DNA of 64,000 bases, from the NCBI GenBank assembly GCA_028023455.1, contig JAQFVV010000002.1, forward strand, positions 18,538,001-18,602,000, written 5' to 3'. The first letter of the stretch is position 1; each line of letters starts with the position of its first letter. Shown piece after piece: positions 14,001-26,454 of this stretch. Source of the DNA: Epiperipatus broadwayi (taxonomy: Eukaryota; Animalia; Onychophora). The position numbers were made by a program, and so were the translations under genes. Below the pieces are notes generated by a model. The model saw only the letters and a list, made by a program, of their open reading frames with translations. It made no database searches and had not been told where the DNA came from.

Positions 14001-16270
14001 TTTACAAATTAAATGACCATTGACTATTGTGAGTATGCCTGACTGATAAAAGCTTTTTATTAAGCATGGGCATTATCACAAGAAGTTTTACATTTTCCCA
14101 TAATAATCATACTATGACATTGTCCCAACAATGAATACATTTAAATATTTAAGAATGTCTTCCCAATCTAGTGGTGAAATTGATGATAGAAGTGATGTAT
14201 ATTACTTATTTCAGTCTATAAATACCATTTAGAATTTTTAAATAAATAATTATTGGTTTTATGTTCTGCAATACTGGCAAAGCATAGCAAAAAAGATCTA
14301 TACAACAGAACCATCTCTAACCTACACTCAGAGTATGTGCAACTGAAGAAAAAATGGTGTTCTTCAAAAACAAATAATATCAATTGCCAAAAGTTATAAT
14401 AAAGTCATGGTAGTACAACACACATGGCTCCATACAAAATATATGATATAATAAATCCAAAAGAAAAAAAGCAATAAATCTAATGATGGCATCAACTCAA
14501 AATAAGTACCTGCAATCTGAGGGCAAACAAATATGCTAGGACATTTGTCTCTGAACATATGGGAAAAATTAGAATGAGCCCTCAAAAATATTAGAAAAAA
14601 TAGGGTCTGCCTTAAATAAAACATTTATGCTAAATAGGAAACATAAAAAATATCACACATGGAAAAGACTATAATGAGAGAGAGACAAAGCTACTATTTC
14701 TTTATAAAAATATATGTACTAGCAAAATAAAGATCCACAAGAGAGAGCCAGGTATGATCTCTTGGATAAAATGTAATAGTGAAACAAATATCCACAAGGA
14801 ACACATAGTTATGATCTCTTGGATAATATAATGGCAAGATAAGCATAAACAATAAAACAAATGAAAGGACTAATGCGATCTCCTAAACAAATATAATTAT
14901 TAACTGATGTATAAAACCGATAACAAAATTATTTGTCAAATTGGGCATAATAAAATATGGTCTGAAATAAACAATAAAATAAGAATATACAACATCTTCA
15001 CTGGTTATATGTAAATGTATTCATTAAAATAGATAAATTACTCATGATAGAGGTCAAAGCAACATTTTTCAAATGATAGAATATCATGAATAGCAAATAT
15101 TCTGTGACCCTCTGGATATTATAGTTGATAAATAATGCATAAAATTATATGAGACAAAACATATAATATCAATAAATAAAATACATGGTAAATTAAACAA
15201 GCACAAAATTATACTCAGTTCACCAAAATGTAAATAATTAAATGACTTTCATGCTGGAAGATTTATCATTCACCAGGATACAGTTCTGCAAACATGGAAA
15301 ATTTTATCCATTTGATAAAAATAAAGCAAATTTAAAACTAGACGTGGAACATTCAAAAATATTTCTATAAGCAAGAGATTTCCCGGCAACATATTGATGG
15401 ACATTCAGTTTTGTGAAAATATTTTTAAATATGGTGCTGGAAATTTATGGTATACATTATGTTAACATTACATTCATCCATAAGAAAATATAATTTAATA
15501 ATGAGATCTAGGAGCAAATATTATTTAAAGACAAAGCAATTTTCCTTAGAAAGCAGAATTTAAAATTCATAACTATAGCATTAATAATAATGTCACATAT
15601 GTAAAGACGGTTCATAATTAAAAGTTAATTATATAATAACTTGAATAATAATTAATTAAAGCATTTTGTATTTCTCTTATAACACAGGTATGACTATTTC
15701 AATTATTTTGTCCAGACATAGTTAAATAACAATAGCTATAAATTTTAAGTAATGATTCCATTACAATGATGTAATATTACTTTTCAATCATAAGTTTTCA
15801 AGCAATAATTTGCAAATAAAAGAATAAGTTAATAATTTTCATTTGACAGCTTGTATTAAACATAAGTTAAAATATTTGTGAGTAAATGACTTTCACTTTA
15901 CAGCAAAGATAATAAATAAATAATTATGATAAATAATTAAAATGTCATTTCAAACTTAATACAGAGGTATTACAATCCAGAATTAAAATAGTTCATTCAT
16001 TAAAAATGAATTATCCTGGGGAAAAAAACTACTGTTAAAATATGATAATATTGAAATAAATGTATTTCAAAAAGATATTTCTGAAAACAAACATTTCAAA
16101 GTTCTTTAATAAATTTATTGCTCTTTCAGCATTTTTAACATTTTTAAGTAATGTCATTGAAAATATTCAGAAATTAGATAAGTATTGAAAAACATAAGCC
16201 TCTAACATTCTTAATATTTTGGACCAAAAAGTATTAAATTGACAATAAAGTTTATTGTAAATAAATAAAT

Positions 16271-16384
16271 TGTCAAGCATTGTTAGCCGAGAGGTCATTG
16301 CAGCCGCCTTGCAAGCAAGTAGTTGGTTGCAGATGGATGTGGGTTCGCCTCCCGGCCGATGCTATGACGTATGAAAAAAAAAAA
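16271..16384 (+). mobile_element. tRNA-derived SINE (long variant)
   Basis: A-box-like ttagccgagagg, B-box-like gggttcgcctccc, poly(A) tail; near-identical to 63164-63270. Confidence 0.85.
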
Positions 16385-16999
16385 TTGGTAATCAATACAA
16401 GTTTTTACATTAGTGAGTTAAGCCATAGAAAATTCCCACAACATGTTAATTCTGGATAAAAATAATTCAGTAGTTGTAGAAAAATAACTAAACTTTCCAT
16501 TTTTCTTTTTTAATAATGTATATTTCAGACTTCCCAATAGGCTTAGCTTAAAGTTTTAGCACCTGGATTATAACTTAGTTAAGGATAAATTACTTTAACA
16601 AAATAAAATTGATTAAAATAATTAAACTTATAATTATTAGAAATGATTAACTTTGCAATCAAATAATAAAAATTAATTAGAAAAGAAAATAAGCAAGTTT
16701 TCCTCTTCTTTCCATGCATCTTATATCATAAATATATAAAATCCCACTGTACATATGTTAGTACTTGTACATAATTTGTAATTAATAAAGTTTATTATAT
16801 ATATAAAGAATTATAAATGAAAGGATTTTAAATTATTAATATGAATTTACAAATATTTATGTAATGAAGCAAATGCATTCATATGTTCTACTTTTTTTTT
16901 GATATCATTTACATTTGTATACAACTTCTCATTTGGCCATGGCTTTGGCAGAAGAGGTATGCATTAATCACATAAATGAAATTATAGATTATACATTAT

Positions 17000-17732
17000 G
17001 TACCAATAGCTCAAAAAATCTATCTGGAACATTCCTATCACCAGACCAAGTGATTTCGAGCTTATGGCTTACCTCAGTGATGATTTAGAATATTCAGACA
17101 CTAGATCAAAAATATCAACTCAAAACCCAGCACTTATTTCATACATAATATTTTATGTTCCAAATAGAGATTTTAAATGTTTTCTCTTACTGCACTTATC
17201 AGTTAAGAGCTTGTTTGAGCTATTGGTACACTCTCTGTATTACATTTTTGTAAATACAAGCTTATAAAAGCAATGTCACACTACATATGACTTGCTTTAT
17301 TGATTATTATAATTTTACCTTTAAGACTTTGGCAATGCTGAGGCTATTAATATACAGTAGATCTGAATTTGGTTCAGTCCCATATAACTATTTAAGTTAG
17401 ATAGCTGGAATAAAAGACATTTTCATGTCCGAAAACTTCAGAGTTTTTACTTAAATATTACATATAAAATAAGTGCTGGGTTTTGATTTGATATTTTAGA
17501 TGTAGTGTCTGAATATTCTAGCTCCTCACTGAGGTAAGCCATAAGCTCGAAACCAATTGGTCTGGGGATAGGAATGTTCCACATAGAAATTTAGATGTTT
17601 TCTCTTGCCGCACTTATCAATTTAGAGCTTATTTGAGCTACTAGTATGCTCTCTGTATTACAATTTTGTAAATACAAGTTTATAAAAGCAATGTCACACT
17701 ATATATGACTTGCCTTATTGGTTATTATGATT
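17000..17732. mobile_element. Family B HHR retrozyme-like element, copy B1: inverted arm plus ~1.4 tandem copies of a 418-nt unit
   Basis: 17155-17310 repeats at 17574-17730 (period 418); 17000-17150 is the reverse complement of the HHR region; 12 bp TSD attatacattat at 16988-16999 and 17733-17744. Confidence 0.9.
17523..17568 (+). ncRNA. Type I hammerhead ribozyme variant (core CUGAGGU)
   Basis: UCCUCA CUGAGGU A-AGC-CAUAA-GCU-C GAA ACCAAUUGGU C/UGGGGA; 6-bp stem I, palindromic stem III; A9 replaced by U in both arms of the insertion. Confidence 0.7.
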
Positions 17733-18496
17733 ATTATACATTATATATACTCACATACAAACATAGGTATTTCAATGATTTTAATGAACACATATTACTG
17801 CTTATCAAATATATAATGCTAATAATATAAATTTATCTCCAGAACTAACAAGTCTAAATATATTATTAAGATAATTCAGAAGCAATATTCCAAAGAATCA
17901 TTGAAATGAACTGAAAAATAATGGCTACTTTTTATTACATCAATGTCAAACTATTCTGTATATATTTACAAATATATAACTAATATTTACGTATATATAC
18001 CATAATTTTAATCAGAAGGGAATTATAATCTATATACACGCACTGTAATGTTGTTTTAATATCTCAACAATGTTTTGTTAAGTATGAAAAATACTCTCAA
18101 ACTAAAGCACAAGACAGAGACTTTGAAAAGATAGCGACTATCTTCTTTTAATCACTTTACATCCATTAACTTTATCTATTAACAATCACAAACCTTTCTA
18201 TTTACTTATATATGTATATGAATAAAATTATATTTATATTTTATTCTTGAAACGCATTTAATCACATTTCTTGGATGTTCAAATAATAGTGCTATATTAG
18301 ATATTCTGTAAGGACCCATAATATGTGGAGATAGTCCTGATGTTACTAATGTAAATATTAGAATTCATGAATACAATTGCAAAAAAAAAAAAATCAAGAC
18401 AGATGCCACTTGACCTAATTTAAACAAGCTTGTATTAAAAATGTTTTATAAAGAGCTCACAAATAAGCTCTTAACAAGCTTTGCAGAATATCCCTA

Positions 18497-18536
18497 ACCC
18501 CAGACCGGTTTCTGCTACTGGCTTCCTCAGTTACGT
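18497..18536 (-). ncRNA. Type I hammerhead ribozyme (intact core, damaged stem I)
   Basis: CUGAGGA A-GC-CAGUA-GC-A GAA ACCGGU C/UGGGG. Confidence 0.7.
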
Positions 18537-18969
18537 GCTAGGATATTCAAGCATTAGATTAAAAATACCATGACAAATCCAGCACTTTATCTAATAGATA
18601 ACTATTAAGTAGAAAATCTGAAATTTTCAGACATCCATATGTCTTCCAATCCAGCTAGCTTATTTGCGAACTCTTTATAAAACACTTTTAATATGAGCTT
18701 GTTTAAATTAGGTCATGTGACATCTGACTTGATTTTTTTTTTAATTTTATTTTTTGCTATTAAGGCTTTGGCGATTTTATATTGCTAAAGCTATTAATAT
18801 ATGGTGCATCTGAACTTACTTCAGTCCCACATGACTATTTAAGTTAGATAGCTGGATTGGAAGACATATGAATGTCTGAAAATTTCAGATTTTCTACTTA
18901 ATAGTTATCCATTAGATAAAGCGCTGGGCTTATCCTAGTATTTTTAATCTAATACTTGAATTTCCTAGC

Positions 18970-19009
18970 ACCTCACTGAGAAAGCCAGTAGCCGAAACTG
19001 GTCTGGGGT
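18970..19009 (+). ncRNA. Type I hammerhead ribozyme (intact stem I, G8A core change)
   Basis: ACCUCA CUGAGAA A-GC-CAGUA-GC-C GAAAC-UG-GUC/UGGGGU. Confidence 0.7.
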
Positions 19010-21159
19010 TAGGGATATTCTGCAAAGCTTGTTAAGAGCTTATTTGCATGCTCTTTATATAACAATTTATGAATACATATGCCAAATAATTTTAAGAATA
19101 ATTTAAACATAGAAACATTAAAAAAAGTTAATATATTAACAAAATGTAATGAGAAGTTAAAGGATATCAACAATATTAGTAAAAATAAAGATGCATAGGA
19201 AGCAAACAATATTTCATGCAGAGTTTTAAAAACACTACAACTGAACGAAACACCATTCTTGAGAATAATAGTTACCCAAACTTTGTCATCCACTTCACCA
19301 GATGGTAAGGTAGGCTAATAATAAAAAACTCAGAGTTATGATAATCAAGTTCTCAGAAAATACATGAAAAGAACCAGAGAACAATAACAACAACAACAAA
19401 AAAGGAACACATCAAAAAATGACAATGTAAACACACAAAAAAAATACTATGTAAAAGTTGTACTGGTAACATAAGATACATTAACAAAAAAAATAATACA
19501 GAAGATATATTTACATTATAGAAAAAAAGAAGAAGATAAAAACAACAACAAACAAATCATCAATAAATAAATATGGATTTAAAATAGTTAAAAAAGTATT
19601 ACCAATTCTTCAGGCACTATTCGCATCTTGTAAAAGTTATTTTCCAATTTAGCTTTGTATAATCGACTCTAAAAGTGAAAACAAGTATTTACACATATAA
19701 ATACAAAAAACACATATATTCACATAGTAGAAATAATAGAAAAGTACAACAACACGCCATGAATATATATATATGTATGAAAATCAAAATATTTCCTCTT
19801 TTTTTGGCATAAGTTGGTATTCCTCATTTATAAATACTACTTTAATATTTATATATCTGACAATTATTAACACACAAATAAAACTATGGATAGTTTACAT
19901 GTACACACATATAAATATACTATTGATACAAATATTTCTTCATGAGTAAAAGATAATAAATATTTTTATTTTATTTTTCCATGTGCAAAAACATGCAATA
20001 GATCTTGCACATTAAAAAAAAAAACCTGTAGATAAATAGTTCTAAAAATATTTATTGTCACTATTATGGCTATGAAGGATGTTGAAAATTACTTGCCCAC
20101 ATTTCAATAATATCTCTTTTAATGAATCCAGTCATTTTTAACCAGAAAAATAACTGTAATAGTATGAAACACTGGAAAACAATCTAGGATAATATGCAAA
20201 AACCACAACAGAATCTTTTTCAGGACAATCCATCTATTGATATTGCTTTGCACAAATAGTTATGTGCCAGCCTTTAAATAGGAAAGAATCGGAAACAGAC
20301 ACACATATAAATATATGTTACATTTCTTGTAATAAATCTGGTAAGTATTAATAATTGCAGGGTCTTTTGGTTAACATGATAAATAATACATATAAATCGC
20401 AATGATCAGGTAATTATTAATAATTTCCAGTGAAGTCTGGTAAATGTAATAAAAATATATCCTATAATATTTCATATTTACTATTTTAATATTTAGTGAC
20501 TTTATTTATTGTTGTAGTATTTATCGTTTTACTCTTTTTATTAGAACAAATCATACAATATTTATCACATAAATAGGTTCTTAACAAAACTTTTACTTAA
20601 TAAACCAAAAGAGAAAAAAACTTATGATGAAATTGCATAAAATAATGACATATAAATTAAACAATATTATGACAAAATTATAAAAATAAGGAATACAAAA
20701 CAAATAGAAAAACTTTAATTATACAAAAGTATTATATTTTTATAAAATTACAAACTATTTATATATAAAATTATATTACAAAACTATTTATTTTTGCAGG
20801 AAAAGCTTTTGTGGCATTTATAATTGCAAAGAATTTTTGATTTTTTACATTTGCAGCAATTTGAGTAACAATCCTTGTTCATTTGTAATGTTGGAATCCT
20901 TGACCACTTAAATTGGAATTCTTGCAAGCACACTCTCTTAAAAATTATTTCCATATCTGGAACTTACATTAACTGAAATAAAAATTTCTTTGAAGACTAT
21001 AAATTCATTCCTGATATAGAATTATTTTAAAATGCCATATTTCATACCGCGTTTATATGGTATTATTTTTAATTGACATTATAACAGCTATAATATTCTA
21101 GTTATTGGATTTAGCCCTCTCTATGTCTGTATCCAAATGCATTCCCTTACCTTTGCATT

Positions 21160-22630
21160 TACTAAGGCAACAAACCTAAAGCACGTGCGGTTGAAAATTG
21201 AAAGGTAGGGACCTCTACAGGTCTTAACCACAAGCTTACGGATTGAAATTCATAACATTTTATCAGCTTACTTATTCAGACTATGCAGAGTTTCTAAATT
21301 CTTGGATTTTTTTCATAGATATCATTGAGTGTGAAAGAAGAATCTTTTTTTTTTTGTGGCATTTTCTCTATTTTCAATACTGCCAATACTTTTTCCTTCG
21401 TTATCTTCCATGCCGTTAGACAATATTTCAGAAAAATATGATTAGTCTACGATTTGGCTAACCCCCCGATTTCTATTTTTGTTTGGACCTTCAACAGTTA
21501 TTATCTGCAAGTTCTAAAATCATTTACTTTCACATTATCATTATTCCCTGCTGTAGTATCACAATCCCCTTCTGAGACTATTTTCAGGAGTTCAGCACCA
21601 CTATTGGATTGATCTTTTAATACCCATCCCAAGATCTTCTTCACTAGTGATTTCCAATAAAGTTTTGATTGGCAAGTATGCTTTCAAACTTATTCTAGGT
21701 TTATAACCAAACATCGTCGCATAGGAACTGGAGTCTATTCCACAATGATGGTCTCTATTTTTCATAAATTGAATGAAATTTTAATCCTTTGCTCATTTAG
21801 TTGTGTTGTTTGTTTTAAGCCAGGTGGATAACATATTTTCAAGGTCTTGATTTACCCTTTTAATACAACCTAGTGCTTGTTTACATCCCATTTTTCCAAA
21901 AACGATTTTAAGTTCATCCCACATTCTGCAGATTTCTTCAATAATTCTGTTCCCAAATTTTTGGCCATTGTCTCTTTGCAAGATGTACTCCAAATATTAT
22001 AAATATATCCAATAATTAGTAAGCAACTTCCTTGACACATCTAGTGTTTAAAGCTTCTAAACAAATTTTGTAAGATAGTCTTGATAAACCATTATACATT
22101 TATAATTACCATCCACTTGCAATTGAAGGTCTATCAGATCAACTTGGCATCTTGAAGTGAATTAACTGCTTTTAATTAGTTTCATGACAAGTTTTTGGGA
22201 TACTCAGTTTCTTTTGATGGTGTTCACAAAGACTTAAATACAGCATAACAATTTCTAATGTAATGTTGTTATACTTTGCCTTAAGCTCTTTCATCATTCT
22301 GTTTCACCCACATGACCAATTGCAATATGGATCATGAATTAATTGAAAATTCTCTTCCAAAAAAGTGTAATATATAATTGGTTCTTTTTTATTTTTAACT
22401 GGTACGATAACACCTCATATTTTTATATCATATCTTGATAACCATCAGTCTTCTGCAGGTGATTTGCCAGAAATCTCTTTGTTTTCTTTAACTTTTACCA
22501 AAAATGAATAATACTCTTCTCTTGTAAATAATTGATAATTTTTTCACCTTTTCAATTTCAAATTATTCATAGGATCATTAAATCATTTCTTCATTATGTA
22601 TAAATCCTCCATTATTGCTGAACAACATTT
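21160..22630 (-). mobile_element. Decayed KRBA2/SCAND3-like (Ginger-type) integrase element
   Basis: ILQRDNGQKF...IKRVNQDLENMLSTWLKTNNTTK, FIQFMKNRDHHCGI...ATMFG and HIAIGH..NRMMKELKAKYNNIT...LC match this rve integrase family; terminal segment 21165-21222 recurs at 48615-48690. Confidence 0.85.
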
Positions 22631-22842
22631 TTCAGGGAAAAAATGAGTGAATTCTATATTATTAAATTCTATATAAATGTCAACATAATAAATTAGAAAA
22701 ATCATCTTGCAATAAATGCTGTAATTACAAAATAAATACAGATGGAAATAATTACTAAAACATACAATTAATATTATTTCATTAGAATATACAAATGAGT
22801 TAAAAGGAAATTTAATTTGATTAATATCAGAAAAAAACTTAC

Positions 22843-22856
22843 TTTATGATGATGAC
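22843..22856 (-). CDS. Candidate 14-nt microexon (GTCATCATCATAAA)
   Basis: - strand atattatattttcag/gtcatcatcataaa/gtaagtttttt: strong acceptor and consensus donor 14 nt apart. Confidence 0.35.
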
Positions 22857-23049
22857 CTGAAAATATAATATGTGGCTTGATAGTAGAAATAACCTAAATA
22901 AATAAAATAAATAGTATTTAAAAACAAACTAAACAACATTTATTTAAAATCAACATAAATATGAATATTTAAATAGAATGGGAAGTAAATAATATAATTT
23001 ACTATAAGTCAAGACCCATAAGTAATTTATTATTATAAAAGTCAAATGT

Positions 23050-24400
23050 TCCAAACTGTGTCTTATTTTATTCTAAAGTCAATTAGCACATGTCATTTAA
23101 ACATTTCTAAGTAAATTAACAATACTGTCAATATATACAAATTCAAAATATGATGATCCTCTTTAGACAATCTAGTGTTTTGGGCTAGACATGCCAATAA
23201 ATGATGGCCTCTTAACATATAACCTATGAAATTTGAGAGTGAAAACCAATATGGCCATTAAACAAAGATATATTGTCAAATCCATTTATCTGAAGATGTC
23301 TGGCCATATTTAAGGCTTGTTTTATTGTACTATTATAACGACTCAATCTGATAATGGGATATCATAGAACGTGGTCATCAGAAATGCTGACAATATAAGA
23401 AGATAGTTTTCATTTGTTCTAATGTTTTGAAAATATAGATCAATATCTACTTTTCCAAAAATAATACATATTGCAACTCAAAAATCATTTTAGGCAAATC
23501 TTTCTGACGCTGATTATGATTAATCTCCAGAATAATATTTCAAATGGATTAATGAATATGATAACAAACTTATTCATCTCTAATGTCTTCCAAATTGTCA
23601 ATGCTGATTAAATAACTTGCAGCACTTCATATAATGATGTGAATCATTACCTTGTATTCCTTGAACTAAGTAGTTTATTTGAATTAAAATAACCAAATGA
23701 ATGCATTTAGGAATACTCTCTGAAATATTTGTGATATTTTTCTAAATAATTTATGTAGGCTGTTTATTAGATGTAAAGATTTGAGCAAGTCTCTACAAGA
23801 ATTATAATTTATTGATTGTCTGCGGTATTGCATATTATATTGCTTCCAATTTTTACAAAAGGATCAAAAATCTATCAGCAATTCTAATAGCAGTTTGGGA
23901 TCTTAAAGATATTTGGTATTAAAACTTCTCAGTATAAGACTTCTGTGAGGTAATAATCTTTCCATACATAAAAATAATATTTACTCTTTGTTTTGTTAAT
24001 GTACAAATCATATTGTATCACCATGGGATGAAAAAAGTATTTTTGTTACAAATAAAATTATTGTAATTTCATATGAAAGTCTGATTTCTGGTACAACTTA
24101 ATATTCACATTCAAATATGATAAACTTTAACAAAATATTTACTTAAAGCTTTTATCATCTGTTGATATTCTTCTTAAAATACATCTGGCTAAAAATCATC
24201 TTCATGATTCATAAATTAAAGATCTCTGTAATAATCCTTAGCTGAGAGAAATTATATAAAAACCATCTTCATCAATAAAATGAAACTACTATGCATACGC
24301 AATATGCCAGCAAAGTGCTCAAACATCATGAGATCTCCATTGCAACTATATTATACAATTTTATTATTAATACTATGATGTTGAAGAAAGTAAAATACAT
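23050..24400 (-). pseudogene. Decayed endogenous viral element, block 1: L polymerase of a negative-strand RNA virus (Mononegavirales/Chuviridae-like)
   Basis: One frame with stops reads (RFA/)KMIFELQYVLFLEK*ILIYIFKTLEQMKT...SDKWI*QYIFV*WPYWFSLSNFIGYMLRGHHLL, resembling pre-motif A, motif A and the following P..F(L/I)GY..H segment with near-matching spacing; FHPMV near 24020 resembles the GHP motif. Confidence 0.55.
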
Positions 24401-25490
24401 CATGTAAAATATATAAAGTAATGCAAAAATAATCAACAATATGTTTGCAAAATAAAACTTATTTAGCACAGTGCAAATAAAATAATTTTATAAGAATAAT
24501 AATGTAAGTGTAACCTCAGGAAGAAAAATAATGATTAGATATTTTATGATAGTTGGATTAATTGAATAAATTTTTACTCTGCTAATTCAGTTAAAATAAC
24601 TATTTTTTATTTATTCTATTTTTTTTCTACAGAAACTACTCAAACTCTTAAAAAGCTGATAGTAGAAAAAATGGAACAAGCACTTGAAGAAAAATCATTG
24701 AAGACCCAAAATTTGCTAATGATGATAATGAAGAGAAAGCGTCAGTTGGTTTAAAGTTCAGCATAAAAGATTTCTCAAGATGAAGAATCACTAATTTAAT
24801 CTCTTCCACTAATTAATTATATTGCAACAGACAGCAGCCGCAATAATCCAAAATTAAAAAGAAAATTATCAACAAATAGTAAGTAACTTCTTTGGTTGAT
24901 TTTAGATTATCAGGATTTACTATTTCATTCTCAGCTTTCACATTGTACATTATAACTAAGGTACTAATGAAATACAATTTATCTAGCACATTTGAATTCA
25001 GAAAATTAGCAGATTAACCATTTTTCCTGCTATAAGACGAACTGATTAATACACTTCTTGATCTAACTATCACTAAAACTTTCAATGTTTTTAAATAACT
25101 TACATGCTATTGAGAACTTAAAACATATATATATATAAATTATTAAATTATAATATAGTTTTCAAATAAAATATTAAAACTTATTATGACATTTTTACAA
25201 TAAATGAATATATCAAACATTAAATTATTTGTTTAAATTCAGGCAATTAAATAATTATTTGCACTCATATAAATTTTATTATATACCAGACATGTATTGA
25301 CTTATGTAAGGCTGTCATTTTTGTAATACTTTCCTTTTTTTAACATTTCTGAAAAAAAAAAATTGTTAAAAGATTGCTTTAACAAATTTTTTCTCAGAAA
25401 TGTTACAAAAATGTATTCTGTAAACTAAATGTAGCATGTATCCCCCCCCCCCCTTCACTAAATATCACATTTCAAACATGAATTTAAATA

Positions 25491-25877
25491 TCACATGATC
25501 ACCAATCCTGCCTAATAGGATAGTGGTGGCTATAGTTGTTAAAGAGGCAAAGACACCAAAATGTATGGGTACTGAATTGAGTTCAAGCCCATATGACTAT
25601 ATAAGCTACTGAGCTTGGATTGAAAATATTAATTGTGTTTTCAATTTCATTCTCATAGTTTTGTAGTTAAATAGAATTAAAAGGTGGCTGCTGGATCTAG
25701 GTGCAGTGCTCTCAGATCAAAGGCTCTACACTGATGAAGGCCACAAGCCAGAAACTAGTCTGGGGATATTGGATGAGTAGGCACTAGATAGGGATTTTAT
25801 GCACAAGCCTTCTGGCATCCATTGATTGCTCTTGTTAACACAAGATGGCACTACTATATGGAGAGTTTTGCTTTGTT
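25491..25877 (+). mobile_element. Family A copy A3 (longest sense arm, with tRNA-like 5' segment)
   Basis: 13 bp TSD atgaatttaaata at 25478-25490 and 25878-25890; inverted tail remnant tcacatgatcacca at left; intact HHR core. Confidence 0.9.
25725..25766 (+). ncRNA. Minimal type I hammerhead ribozyme
   Basis: UCUACA CUGAUGA A-GGC-CACAA-GCC-A GAAAC-UA-GUC/UGGGGA; predicted cleavage after 25760; one mismatch in stem I. Confidence 0.85.
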
Positions 25878-26298
25878 ATGAATTTAAATACTGTAATCAC
25901 ATTTTCTTTGTGATTTAAATACTATACCTATTTAGTTCTGTACAGTAGTCAAAAGCACATGGACTGATTTTTTTCAGAGTATTTTTTCCTTCAAAAAGTT
26001 TTAATCCATGTCTTTTGTAAAATAACATTTGTGGAATTACTTGCTTTGAATAAAATATTTATAATCGAATTAAGCCTCTTAAATATAAGAAAGGAATTGC
26101 TTTATTTGCATAAAATGCTTCATAAAAAAACTATGGTTTATTAATGGTGAAACAAATAATAATTGTTTCCCTTAAAAAATATGCCCTCTAACAAAAAAAT
26201 GTTTAATTTGAATATCACATGATGTTGTAATGGACATTTAGGGATTTTATATATGATTGTAAATTTAGATTTTCAAGGTATACAATCAAAAAAATATA

Positions 26299-26454
26299 AA
26301 GCAGGATTGTAGGCCACAAGCCAGAAACTAGTCTGGGGATATTGGATGAGTAGGCATTAGATAGGGATTTTATGCACAAGCCTTCTGGCATCCATTGATT
26401 ATTCTGTTTAGCACAGGTGGCACTACTATATGGAGTTTTGCTTTGCTTTGTTTA
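26299..26454 (+). mobile_element. Family A copy A4, 5'-truncated inside the ribozyme
   Basis: Starts at stem II (aggccacaagccagaaactagtc, 26311); candidate TSD caaaaaaatata at 26287-26298 and 26455-26466. Confidence 0.85.

Larger units (their letters stand above)
18376..19063. mobile_element. Family B copy B2: ~280 bp inverted arm plus a 380-nt unit
   Basis: gcttatttgc at 18658 and 19038 (period 380); 18378-18657 is the reverse complement of unit segments; TSD aatt(c/t)atgaataca at 18362-18375 and 19064-19077. Confidence 0.9.

Noticed and set aside
20224-20340. Coding exon on the + strand (tttttcag ... ctg/gtaagt)
   Set aside because: Stops in all three frames; at most a non-coding exon, with no support
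24630-24770. + strand exon ETTQTLKKLIVEKMEQALEEK
   Set aside because: Good acceptor but no donor before the stop; flanks look like a decayed element; not identifiable
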